NCBI GenBank assembly: GCA_045837725.1
Contig: JBEWZL010000088.1
Coordinates: 1-37,373, forward strand
Source: Vermamoeba vermiformis
Taxonomy: Eukaryota
Length of the DNA: 37,373 nucleotides
Direction of reading: 5' to 3'
Program-made: the position numbers and the translations under genes
The notes under the pieces: generated by a model
Told to the model about the DNA's origin: nothing
The model's input: only the letters and a program-made list of their open reading frames with translations
Database searches by the model: none
Shown here: positions 24,121-35,926 of the stretch, one piece after another
Layout of the letters: every line of letters starts with the position of its first letter
How positions within the stretch are numbered: position 1 is the first letter of the stretch

Positions 24121-26732
24121 ATGCATAGACGACACATCTCGCCCTGGGGCTATTATGAAGGATGGGACTTTGCACCATTGAACCGGAAAAATAATGTTGA
24201 CTACCTCACTAGTAGTTGCATTAATTGGTTGATTACTGAAGAGCGTAAGATACTTCGGTAAATTATAATTAATTTGTTAAATTAATTTTTTGGTTAGATC
24301 TTTACGCCCTCGACAAACTCGACACGTGCAATCATGTCAAAGCGATCTATCTAAGTAATAATTTATTTTTGCTATAATGAAAATAATAGAAATATCATCA
24401 GAATTGGAGGGTCCCTCTGATCCGATCGTACTGAACGCGCTCGCCCAAAAGTTGTCAACAAACACCTCTATAAATAGGTTAACGATAAGTAAGTCGTAAA
24501 TAAGCTAACATAGCATCTAACAATCATTACAGGCGATAAATCAGCAGACCAACTTTACAATTTGCTCGTCAATCCAATAGCAGTCCGTTTCGAAGTTGTA
24601 GACAGTCTTATCAACGTATTGAGAGTACTAACTACGAGAAATGTTCCAATGATGCAATTAGACATTGAACTTCCATTTCATGCCTCGCTGCACAGAAGTC
24701 TTGTCGAGCTACTTGCCGCGCAACCCTCACTCAAACATTTGTCACTGGAAATGATTAATATGCCACGAGAAACATTCGACGCTATTATACGCGCACTATC
24801 TCAATATAACAAGTCGCTCAAAACGCTCAAGTTTGCAAGTACGTAGTAGCGGATCAAAGAAAAATCAATCTAATTGAATATCTTATCCAGACATTACTGA
24901 TGTTGACGACCAAATTATTAACGTGGCAGTGGCAACGGTGAAAAACTTCAATTTGACGGGTTTGTACATGGTTCCTGGTAAGTTCATGAACGAATTGATT
25001 GTACATCTAACATTTTTGACGTGTCATTTCAGCTGTCAACCATGTGGATGAAAATGATAGCAGATTTATAGAGTTAAAACAACTAGGACTTAGAATTACT
25101 ACGTTTGATTCTGTCGTGGGAACAACTGTCATTATCCTACGTGAGAAAGAACACCAACCTCTCCAGACACCTGTATTTCCGATCATAACGAACGATGCAC
25201 TGCAAACGAATGTTATTCAAACACTGCCCGACGATGTACTTCAGTACATATTGAATGGGTTGGACATCAAGTCGTTGTTATCGCTGAAACGGACCAACAA
25301 CAAGTTTCAGTCGTGGATGCAGAATTCATCGTTTTGGCACAATTACTACTTATCTAAAGCGAATACAATTCCCACAGATATTTTGACAGCAGCAGATCTG
25401 ATCTATGGAAGCTATCTCGATCAAAATCGTCGTGTCAACTTTTGGCAGTGCATTTGTATGGCATTCACTGGCTCATTGCTTCGACGTGATGTGTCGACAG
25501 AGTATCATTCACTGAACGCGTTTCATGAAGAACTTCTCACGAAATTGCTTCAAGCTTATCCAGAGCTAAGAATGATGGAGTCAGTTATTAATCGCGTTAG
25601 TCTTTATTCAAAATGGCGCCGCTCGAAGAATTGGTATCCTATTCGCCTATCATTTTACACTTTGGGCAGCTCTCACGTAGTGTATCATCTTAATATCGAC
25701 ATGACGAGGCCAGACGCTGTTGGCGTACGATTTTTTCACGGAGAAATTTCACGAGCGGAGGAAGACTGGAATCCGACTCCAAGAGCTATTTACGATATGT
25801 TCGTGTCAAGTTCTATCAGCGAAGTAATTACCAGAGTCAAACCAATGGTTGAATCGATGACAGTCGCATTGAGGTCTGCAACTGCCTACGTCTTTCGCAA
25901 TTTGATTATCATCAGAATTATTGACTGCCAAGCACTCCCCGAAATTCACAAAAAGAACATGAAATCAATTGAAAATACATTTGACACGTACTCGAAAGCT
26001 CTTATGGACGAACTACAAGTGAAATTTGACCACTACGAAGCATTCAAAAAAGTGATCAAACAGTTCAGTGATCACGTGTCAAGTGTCAAATTTGATCACG
26101 TGACTCCCAATTACAGCGCCATTCATCATCAAGTCAATCAAACGGCGTACAATCAGCTCTATCAGGTCAACAACGACAACGGTGCTACTGGCAATTGGAA
26201 CTTTCAATACTCGTTCTTGGACATGCATTTCAAACAACAAAAAGTCAAACAACCAGTCAATGTCGCTGTCAAGAAAGAACGAGTGAAGAAGACTCCGCAC
26301 ATCGCACTCATTTGCCTTTTTAGGAAAGTGCTAAATTTAGTCATGATGCCCGTTCTCAGGTCACTGTGGCTCAGAGATCTGAACGACCCTCATGTGGCCT
26401 GGTACTCCTTTGACAAGATTGAATGTCAATATGATCACCAAACGACGTCGCTGGCCGCGTGGTACGATTATTACTGCGACAAATGGCAGCCCCTCTCATC
26501 GATCAGTGTCTCGCATACCAAGCCCTCTGTATGGCCTATGAGTGCTATTGTTGTTGGCAGTCGACTCGCTCCGTCCATTTGTGAAGTTGTTGTGGCGGTG
26601 ATGAAAGACAAATTGAACGGAGCTCATTCCGAAGAAACCAAGACCAAAATTGATGCTTTAGCACAGGCGATTGAAGAATATGATTTATTCCCGAAGAATC
26701 ACATTCAGGTTGTAAAAAACGCGCTTCAATAA
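24121..26732 (+). CDS. Protein with an N-terminal RNI-like leucine-rich region, an internal F-box and a long unknown C-terminal domain; multi-exon
   Basis: Spliced exons from ATG 24121 give LNALAQKLSTNTSINRLTI, LLAAQPSLKHLSL and ALSQYNKSLKTLKF. F-box LPDDVLQYILNGLDIKSLLSLKRTNNKFQSW...FW at about 25224-25340. Confidence 0.7.
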
Positions 26733-28171
26733 ACTTGATTTTCATTCGAAATTATTTGAAAATGTCAATCGCGATTGGAACAAAGCCATGAATCAATTTA
26801 TATTTGATTAATTAAATAGCAACACAAATGATTTGGATATCAATATTGAGTGCGATAGTATTCGTACTGTTGGCGTTGCGACGAAGTAAAAACAACAAAG
26901 TAGCTGCCGTTTCAACCGCATCCGCGCCGAAGAAAATTCCAGCAGTAATTTTAGAATACGAGAGACTTCAAAAAGAAAAGGAAGAAAAGAGAAAAATCAA
27001 AATTGAAGGTACTCCAAATTATTTTAAAATAATACCAAAAATCAATTAAATTATTTTAGAGTTGCTCAGCCGGCCTATCACATTTGATCCCACCAATAAC
27101 AAGTCTCTTGGTCATTTAATGCCTGTTCAGACGCAATCTCAATGTTTGTTTGCCAAGAAAGCAAAAGTACGAGTCAGATTCGCTGCTGATTGGCTTTGTA
27201 CTTACAAGATGGTATTTAGGCCTGGGGAAATGAATGGGATCCGAATTTAAGTTTAGAAGAGAACGTAGAACGAGCACTACCAGCCATAACAAAGTTCTTT
27301 ATGGTCGGAGAAGGATTGCATCTGGATGCGTTCTCGATTGAAGTGCAAGGTACTCAAACAAAAATATCCTATCTCGTACTATATATTAATTACCTATTTA
27401 GGCAAAGAGTATTCATCGACCATTGAACAGTTGGGCGAGACAGTTCGTCGAGTGTTGACAGTCCTCAGCGACAACGATCCAGCTGGTACGTTCAACCGAT
27501 ATTAAATTTAATATTGATCCTTTCTATATTATAAATATGCTATTATAAGGGTTAAATATTAGTCTCATTAGTCTCGTTGAAATAGAGAGATGTTTTTTCA
27601 AATTGATGATCGGCCCTGTTTTGCCATATTTAGTAATCACCAATTGTTTAGGCGATCACGTGATGAATGACCCTCGCATTCACCTCCGCGGCTGGCGCTA
27701 CAAATACAACAGCGAAGATATTTTCGTCACCGTGTTGGCCCCGTGTTACCCTGAAAACCATGCTCGGTACACCTTCAATGCCGGTATGTTACAACGACTT
27801 ATTTGTTCCTTAATATTAACTTCCTTATTAAATTAATATATATGCAGGTGGTGACTTGCATTGTGCGTTTATTCTGTTGCAGCCAGAGTGGTCGTTTGGT
27901 TATCACAACATCGGACCGGATCACGTTTGGGACGATGAAGCCACGACAGTCCGGCAGAAAATTCGTCAAAATTTTGTGAAACACGGTCGCAAGTACTATG
28001 TGCCACCTGCACGGTTTTATCCGATGGCACCACAAGTCATTCCTTCACTCAAGTACGACGGCGAGTACATTGAATGGTGGCGCAAACCAAACGCACTCAA
28101 CAACGATGAGAACTCTCATGAATGAATGCCCGTAATAGTATATTGCCTATTGTGCACTTAGCCGACAACAG
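26668..28171 (+). repeat. Left arm of an inverted segmental duplication (visible part; partner 35877-37373)
   Basis: The reverse complement of the window end matches from cgattgaagaatatgattta (26668) to gccgacaacag (28171), including introns and intergenic DNA, with scattered substitutions and indels. Confidence 0.97.
26828..28125 (+). CDS. YqcI/YcgG-like putative heme-thiolate oxidase with an N-terminal membrane anchor, copy 1; multi-exon
   Basis: TM segment MIWISILSAIVFVLLAL followed by RR. Spliced motifs QCLFAKKAK, TIEQLGETVRRVLTVLSDNDP, GWRYKYNSEDIFVTVLAPCYPENHARY, FILLQPEWSF and VRQKIRQNF match the order and spacing of YqcI/YcgG motifs as recalled (PC.., L..L...D, W.F.F.GE..F....P, SR, FQPRW.F, IR.R). 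Confidence 0.7.
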
Positions 28172-28190
28172 ATCTGCAACCGAGTCACCA

Positions 28191-28376
28191 GTCACGTGTC
28201 ACGATAAGCACTTGTCATCGTGCTCATCCTTCGATGTTGATGTCAACAGCTTGTATACTATCAATACACCAGCCAAGTGGAGCGAAGTGTCAGTACAGTC
28301 CCACACATCATCAAATCTGACGCACAAAGCTTTTACCTGGACCTGACATTCACTCGCTCAGGCTCAACTGATGTCA
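28191..28376 (+). pseudogene. Frameshifted fragment of the FG-GAP surface-protein gene at 34049-35621 (C-terminal Cys domain)
   Basis: VTCHDKHLSSCSSFDVDVNSLYTINTPAK.. and then, in another frame, KSDAQSFYLDLTFTRSGSTDV. Matches the reverse complement of 34207-34393 and is 1 nt shorter. Confidence 0.9.
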
Positions 28377-28488
28377 AATCTAATGACGATCTTCGTTGTA
28401 AAGAAGTTTTATTGCTTGCATTTTGCAGGAGAAATACGTAACACAATGAATTTAGAGAATAAGCCTCATACAAATTCGATTGAATTCA

Positions 28489-29928
28489 TTACAGATGGTG
28501 ATAATCGTCGTGGTGCACTTTTGGTTTGGCAACATCTAATTGGTCAGTTTCTTGCAGTGCCAAATTAACGTCGAAAAAGTGAATTGTATTTTGTGCCAAA
28601 ACGTATTCTCTCGCTGTCGGTGTTGCTATTCGCCACATTTTACAAACGGATCTGAACGATCTTCGTTGCCAATTGGTAGAATAATACCATATTAATCGGA
28701 TTATATCTGCACACCACAATGCCTCTGGAGTTTGTTGAAGATTTTTCTGGTTGACCGGAGAAATTTCAGCGATTGGGCTGTACACCGAAGTATTCTTGAA
28801 TAGCTTTGTCATCCAGACTTGTAATTTCGAACCGGAATTGAGAGCTTGTAATGTGAAGGTGCCGCCACAAGAGTATTTTGTTGTAATTTCTGCTTCGTCT
28901 TCCTCTTGATAGGTGCTCTTGAAAAAATATTTGCCATTTCGGTACAACGTCAATCTGTAAACATTAATTTTTGTATCCATCTCAGTGCCTGCTCCTGTCC
29001 AATAATTAATCCATTTGATGTCCCTCTCCGCTTGTCTGAGACCAAAAAGAACGTGATCGGCTTCGCCAAAATTCTTCGTCCATAAAATCTGATCCACGGG
29101 TTGAATGGATGGCACTATGAACACCTTTGAGTAGGCTACCTTAGGCTTTTCAATGTAAATCTTGAGTTTGTACTGAGCGTTGGGCATTAATGGTAAATTT
29201 GGTCGATCCAGATTGCTTTGCGTTGAAGATTTGATTAACTGCTCCTTATTATAATCTTCATGCGTCGTTGGCTCCATTAGTCTCAACGTGGCAGTATATT
29301 CAATATTGTGCGCGCTTCGTTTTGAGAGATTCAGATTGAATTTGTTTTCCAGAACAATTTCTTCGAAGTTGAAACATTCTCCACCAATGTTGAACTTATC
29401 CCACATGCACTTGGCCTCAAACCGCGGACTTTTGACAATTATTCCTCTTGGCAAGACGTAATAGAGCTGACATTCGTGAGGAACATGCGTATTATCGAAA
29501 GTAACCAGAGAGCCATATGTCCAATTGTTTACACCTCTTTTTCGTGATCTACATATTGGTGGTATCGCACAATTTTCTTTCGGAACGATTTTTACGGTGG
29601 AGATTGAGTGGTACTTCGCGATCGGCTTCTGAAGTTCCTTCTTCCAGCATTTCATGAAACAAGCAAAGTGATGGCACTTATCGTCTGTATATCCATCGAT
29701 AGTAATTTTGATTTCGTCCAATTCTCCTTTTTTGAAAAAATAAGGAAGCTCTTGTTCGCATCCGGACTTGTCGATTAATTTCCACGTCAGATTGGCGTTG
29801 TTATCGGAACACGATGCAATAGACACTTGGAAATATTCGTAGTCTGCCGTCAATCCTCCTGGAATAGAGACAGAAAAAGGATTTTTGGCTCTGGTTGCGG
29901 TGACAATCTGTACTCGATCTGACCACAT
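28489..29928 (-). CDS. Hypothetical protein (at least 479 aa) with a C-terminal F-box-like motif; possible unresolved upstream exon
   Basis: Long uninterrupted ORF. ALWCADIIRLIWYYSTNWQRRSFRSVCKMWRIA near the C-terminus fits the F-box pattern (D/E-I...I..Y......VCK.WR). Confidence 0.65.
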   Translation of the reverse strand: MWSDRVQIVTATRAKNPFSVSIPGGLTADYEYFQVSIASCSDNNANLTWKLIDKSGCEQELPYFFKKGELDEIKITIDGYTDDKCHHFACFMKCWKKELQKPIAKYHSISTVKIVPKENCAIPPICRSRKRGVNNWTYGSLVTFDNTHVPHECQLYYVLPRGIIVKSPRFEAKCMWDKFNIGGECFNFEEIVLENKFNLNLSKRSAHNIEYTATLRLMEPTTHEDYNKEQLIKSSTQSNLDRPNLPLMPNAQYKLKIYIEKPKVAYSKVFIVPSIQPVDQILWTKNFGEADHVLFGLRQAERDIKWINYWTGAGTEMDTKINVYRLTLYRNGKYFFKSTYQEEDEAEITTKYSCGGTFTLQALNSGSKLQVWMTKLFKNTSVYSPIAEISPVNQKNLQQTPEALWCADIIRLIWYYSTNWQRRSFRSVCKMWRIATPTAREYVLAQNTIHFFDVNLALQETDQLDVAKPKVHHDDYHHL

Positions 29929-30543
29929 TTCCGTAGAATCTGATTAGATAAGAATTAGAGAAGAGTAATATAAAGATATGACATATGCTATCAAGCAATT
30001 TAAGGGTTAGGGAGCTGACGGCGCAGATCCGGAAACTAATAGCGATTTGGATCGGTTGAGGACCACGCTGGGTTAACAATCAAACATACCTTATACAGCC
30101 TTCCTGAACGAACGACGAAGCTGTTGTGGTGTATTGTATTGAAAGGATTCGTTAAATTGCATTTAATGCGGAATTCCTTTTTATGCTGACACTTTGACAC
30201 CGCCTTTTGAAATCATTATTATTGAGCAAAATATCTTCCGTAGAAGGTCATCGTAGTTTAATTCATTATTTGATTAAGTAAATAAATTATCCGGGTGAAT
30301 TCCGAAACGGCTACATAGACTTACTCTGTCAATGAAGCATCCCGATTGTCTTCTTTAACAGCCCTAGACGTTCCTATATCTCATTTTGATAGTAGCAAGA
30401 GTGAGGGGTAATCACATCCAGCCCACGACCATCGCTTGGCGTGCACGAGATCTGATTCGTCAGAGCTCGCTCAAAATAAATAAAGACGTAATTATACACT
30501 TTGTAAAGCTTTATTATAGCCTATTGTTAATGAATATACTTCA

Positions 30544-32148
30544 CTAGTGAAGTACGGCGACAAATACAGCGAGCAATGTCAGCAATATCAGCACACTTGT
30601 ACCACTAAGTTGATGACCAACGGAAATCTTTGAAGGACCCGAAGATTCTGTGGGCTGTTGCGATGTTGTTGGAGCCGATGAAGTGCATGAAATGACAGAA
30701 GTACAGCTCACGTCGTTGAAGCCTGATCGTGTGAATGTGAACTCAACCATGACACTCTGTGAGCCTCTTGCGAAACCACTCTGTTGGACTGACACTTGAC
30801 CACAGCCAATTGACGTGTTGATCGTGTACAGAGACGACACGTTGAGTTGATTGGTGTTGTCTGGAAGTGTGTCACATGAGGTCCAAGTGAGATTATGACA
30901 CGTGACATCTGTTGGTTCGAGCAAGCAAGGTGCAGCACGAGTAAGATACAGCGTCGAGTTGCCATAGTAATTATTACCATCTGTAGTGACGTAGCTTTCA
31001 ACTTCGAAGGTAATCACTTGTTTGTCGAGCACGGCAAGGCCCACCCCGAAAGTGGCAGGGTTGTTAGACGTAGCTCGTTTTGTTGGCGTCCAAATGCCAC
31101 TCGATTCATCGCGTTCAATCCATATGATAGAGCCGCCAATAAATACTGTCTCGTTGTAATATCCGTCGTGTGGAGCTGTCGCAACGATTGTGTTTTGATC
31201 CACGAATTGAATGTTTTGAGCGAAGAAACTTCCGATCTGATTGTATTCAACGATGCCGACAGTGTCCAAAGTGATGTTTTGAACGGCTTGCCAATCATTC
31301 TGTCTTTGCCGGACTGAAATTCTTCCGTCAGTTCCATAGCCAGTGCCACTCCCAAGAATTATGGTGTCGTTGCCGTCGTATAGAATGATGAGATCTCCTC
31401 CAAGATCGGTGTCAAATAAAGGAATTGTTTCTATAAGAGCCCACGTGTGGTTCGGTTGTAGGGCCATAATTAAGGCTTCATAAGTTTCGGGAACTTTGCT
31501 GACTTGAATGGAGGTGTAAATGTAGTTTGATTGCCTCCTAAACCACGAATAAGCGAGGTCTGGATAGCCTTCAGGTATTTCAGTGCGAGTAATAATCCAA
31601 TCAGTGCCATTAAAGTTGAAAGTTTTGATCCCATCCGCTTCAAATGAAGCGACAGATCCGTCGTCAAACATCCAAGCATTTTGACTTGCATTAATTCTAT
31701 ATATTTCGTTGGCAAATAATCCATTTGAGTCTATTCGAAATATTTCGCGTGATGTGACTCGATAATCATCGTTGGAAATAAAAATCCACTCGCCGTTCGT
31801 TGAAAGAGACAAATCATTGATGGTACTATAGTCTGCTATAGGACGAGAGTCTACATAATTATAATAGCCCAGAGAGTCTCGCTTGAAAGAGACCAACTCC
31901 TGTTTTATGCCATCCAACGAAACGACCAGATTTGAAAATGCAATAATTGGATAATCAATGAGACCATAACTACTATCAGTCAAAGTATAATTTGACACTC
32001 GAGAATAGGGTACCGTCTAAATATAAATATTAATTATTTTTAAAAAATTAAAGAACGGCGAATCTTTTTTTCAACTTGCCGTTAGAGCGATCACAGATGA
32101 AATGCAAATGATTAATATGCAAACTACGGATATAAACGCTTGCTTCAT
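30544..32148 (-). CDS. FG-GAP-like beta-propeller surface protein, paralog A (signal peptide, Cys domain, S/T stalk, hydrophobic tail, probably GPI-anchored)
   Basis: Signal exon MKQAFISVVCILIICISSVIALT, GC-AG intron 32017-32079. Motifs IVATAPHDG...GGSIIWIERD..GIW...TFGVGLAV and CLLEPTDVTCH. Ends SGTSVLILLTLLAVFVAVLH. Confidence 0.75.
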
Positions 32149-32340
32149 CTGTGTTCTTTCGTGTAAAAAATGAATAAAATCGCTGTTTAAAATTATTAAT
32201 AACCTTAAAAATGCGCTTATTTTATACTTCCCGAACCAGCTATAAATAAAGGCGAGAGAGTCGCTCGTTGTAATGGACTACACGACTTCTTGTGCTTAAT
32301 TGCTTTATAAACCAGTTTCTTCAACAGGTGCGCCGGTACA

Positions 32341-33867
32341 CTACGCCAGCATTGCAAGCACACTAAAAGTCGCTAAAAGTTTCGCAACGTTGTTGTTCGT
32401 TCCTTGCGACACGAGCGATGCTTGTGGTTGTGACACAGGCACTGAAACAGAGACAGGAGGCACTGGTCTGTCACACAACTTTGTCGCTGTACACGTGACG
32501 TCTCTTGCGCCTTCACGAGTGAATCGAAGTTCTAGTTGAATGCCTTTCGGCGTCGCTTGGAGGCTGTCAATATGAGCCTCGACAGTACCACATTTAGATA
32601 GAGTATTGATAGTGTAGTAGTCAATGATATTGATATCGGCCTCGCAAGAGTTTGACACTTGATCGTGACACGTGACATTTGTCGGTTCAATCAAACATCC
32701 GTCAGCTCTGGCTAAATAGCACGCAAAGTTCTGTTCATTGTTGCACTGATACGATAGGACAGTGTTGTCAACTTGCGCTAGTGCTAAGCCAAAGTAAAAT
32801 GTGTCCGGTCCTTGCGCCGTCGAAATTCTTCTCGTATAGCTCCATGTTCCTGCGTCATCACGTTCGTACCAAAAAATGGCTCCAGATTCTGGGGCGCCAC
32901 CAATTTCGTTGGTAAACGGAGCTGACAAAACGAATGCATCGGATGTGATCATTTCTGCTGCCACTGGGAAGAATCCTACGAGACTCAAGTGCAACTCGTT
33001 TGTATACAATACTTGCGTCATAATCCACTCATTGTTGGCGTTTTTAGTGTAAATTCTGGCGGCTTCCAGCGACAACCCATCGAACTTCGTTAAAGCGCAG
33101 GTTGTAATGATTGTGTCCAAACCGTTGTATAATACAAATCTGAGGTCTGATCCGGACAGATTCTCGGTTGGAATTTCGGCGAGTAGTGACCATGTTCGAT
33201 TTGCATGTCGTTCGTACACGAAGGTTGAGTTGGATGTGAATCCAGAAAAGAAGTTAGGCCCCACTTTGAGAAGACGTTGAGTTAGGTCCATGTCTCTAGG
33301 CACTAGTGCAGTGTATCGGTGGGGTACATCAGTTCTAGTCAAATTCCACTTCGTTCCATCAAACTCGTAAGTACGAATGGCATCCGGCCAAAGAGCGACG
33401 AAGGTGTTGTCAGGAAAAAGCCAACCAGTTGCATTTTCAACGTATATTTCATAAAGTTGCGAAGTAGTGCTTCCGTTAGAGCTTAGTTGCAGCAGTTCAG
33501 CATTTGGATACGAGACTGCCGCGATCCAGTTTCCGTTTGTCGAAAGAGTCAGTTGTTGAAGATAAGTTCCTCTGCCAGTTAGCGCTCTGGAGTCCGCTAT
33601 ATAATAATTGCCGGTATCAGATAGTCTTTTGAACACTAGTGTGTGGTTGGTGACATAATCGAAACTGATCGCAAGATCACCGTGGGCTGCCAAAGGAAGG
33701 AAAATGCTTGGAGCCTTCCTAACGGTCGGATCGTTTGCAACTTTGTAAGCAGGTATTTGCTGAAGTTGAATGAGTCATTGTTTTAACTTTGCAACGCTGA
33801 TCTGCTGTCTTACCTGAACCGCTTGAACTGCAGTAACTATGGCGATTAACAGATACAATTTAAGCAT
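32341..33867 (-). CDS. FG-GAP-like beta-propeller surface protein, paralog B
   Basis: Signal exon MLKLYLLIAIVTAVQAVQ with a GT-AG intron. Motifs FVLSAPF...SGAIFWYERDDAGTW...YFGLALAQ and CLIEPTNVTCHD. Hydrophobic C-terminus. Confidence 0.75.
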
Positions 33868-34048
33868 TTATATCGTAGCTATGGTATTAAACTTCGATCA
33901 TTAATTGAAATGATTTTAAGCTTTAGCAACGTCAATGCATCACACATTTGTTTACCGAGGTTAACTTTTAAAACGAAGAGAATCTATATTTCAATTGCAA
34001 CACTTACTACCAAACTAAATTTAATTTAAATCATAGCGTAGAGCGTAT

Positions 34049-35621
34049 TTACAATGTTATCATTAACAAGGCAAGCAAGAGAATCATATTGGCAGAGTGT
34101 CGTAAAAATGTAGCTCCGGATGTGTCTTTCGTAGGTGATTGCGGAGCGGAGATAGGTACGGAGGTTGTAGGGACTGTGCTGTTGCATAATGCATTGACCG
34201 TGCAAGTGACGTCAGAAGAGCCTGAACGCGTGAAGGTCAGATCCAGAGAAAATCCTTGTGCGTCAGATCTAACGACGTTGTTGGTCTGAACTGAGACCTC
34301 TCCGCACTTGGCTGGTGTGTTGATAGTATACAAGCTGTTGACATCGATATCGAAGGACGAGCACGATGACACGTGTTGATCGTGACACGTGACATTGGTT
34401 GGATCTTCATAACACAGCTCGACGGAGTGGATGTAACACGCTGTATCGCTAGGGCTTGGACTCGCCACATAGCACTCAACGGTGATGAAACTGTTGTCGA
34501 CAGGAGCTGCTGCCATACCAAAGAACCCGTCCCTGACTGCTGAAGTAACGCGTCGCGTGATGCTCCAAGTGTCAGTCTCGTCACGGTGCAACCACCACAC
34601 TGAGCCTACAACCGTGCCTGGCACATTATTTGTAGCGCCGTCGAATGGAGCCGTGACCACGTAGTTGTTGCTGTCGAGTTGAACGAGCTCATCGCCAAAG
34701 TATCCGTTGCCAGTGATGCCCAGTGATGCTGGTGCAATGACTTGCTTTTGTTCCCAGCCAGCCAGACCTCGCTTGTAAATGACAATCGTGCCAACAGGTC
34801 TCGAGGCAGCTTTACCAAATGTCGATACGATCAGTGTGTTGTTGCCGTCCCATAGTAAGTGCACATAATCTGGGCTTTGTATTGACGTGTCAAATAATAT
34901 GACATTATCGAACACGCTCCACGACTTGTCTGCGTTGCGGTAGAAGATCTGGCCAGACATGCCTTGATACACAACGCTAACATAGTTGAGATGTTTGCGC
35001 ATGATGGGAGGACCCACGTTCTTGGAAATAAACTGCGTCAAGACCGTGTAATTGTCGGGTATATCTTTGTGCGTGATTGACCAACCAGTGCCGTTGAATT
35101 CGCAAGTGTAGATCGCATCCGCCGCAAAAGCGACGTAAGATCCGTCTTCAAATATCCAACCATAGTAGCCATTAATGAATTTTAGGGTGTAATTTCTATT
35201 GAAGGTTGCGTCATCGTTGAGTTCGAAGATTTCGTGGCCCAAAACTGTCGCACGTGCTGCCCATCTGCCGTTTGTTGAGACTGTGATGGCTAAACCAGAA
35301 GTATATGGATCAATTATAATACCATACGGCTTCGAATCAATTCTATGATAGTAGCCTGATTGATTGCGTTTCAGCGAGACTATTTCCTCGTTTGAATCCA
35401 GCGTAACGGCGAGATCTCCATGAGCTTCTAACGCAAAAGGAACGGTTCTAAGGCCTAGCAACACAAAGGGCTTGACATAATCGTCCGATACGCGGTTTGC
35501 CGGAATATTCTAAAGGAAAATAAGGTCAGAAAAAGATTTGAAAGTGAACATTAAAGAAACTTGCCGTAAACGCATCTGCAACGACAAAACAAAATAAAAA
35601 CAAAATAATTATGCGAGGCAT
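34049..35621 (-). CDS. FG-GAP-like beta-propeller surface protein, paralog C
   Basis: Signal exon MPRIIILFLFCFVVADAFT, GC-AG intron 35510-35564. Motifs YFGDELV...VVTAPFDG...GSVWWLHRD...FFGMAAA and CYEDPTNVTCHD. S/T/P stalk and tail SANMILLLALLMITL. Confidence 0.75.
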
Positions 35622-35926
35622 TGCTTATCAATACGGAATTAAATAAGTAAAACAAAATCTGATCACTATTTCGGGAGTCGAATCAGCGCTCAACGTCAAA
35701 TGTCATTGTCTTACAAAGTATATTTAACTTAACTTTAAAACTGGTATGCTTATATATTATATTATTGAATATATAGATTATAGAGCTAATATGATAGGAC
35801 CTTATTTGACTTACCAACAACGTCTGAACTTGCAAATGATCTCCAAAAAGTATTTAACCTGTTAATCGTCCTTAAACTGTTGTCGGCTAAGTGCACAATA
35901 GGCAATATAATATTATGAGCCTTCAC

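Noticed and set aside
28122-28346. 74 aa ORF overlapping the stop of heme-enzyme copy 1 in an operon-like ATGA arrangement
   Set aside because: It is 3' UTR fused to the frameshifted pseudogene fragment, and the ATG is absent from the right arm.
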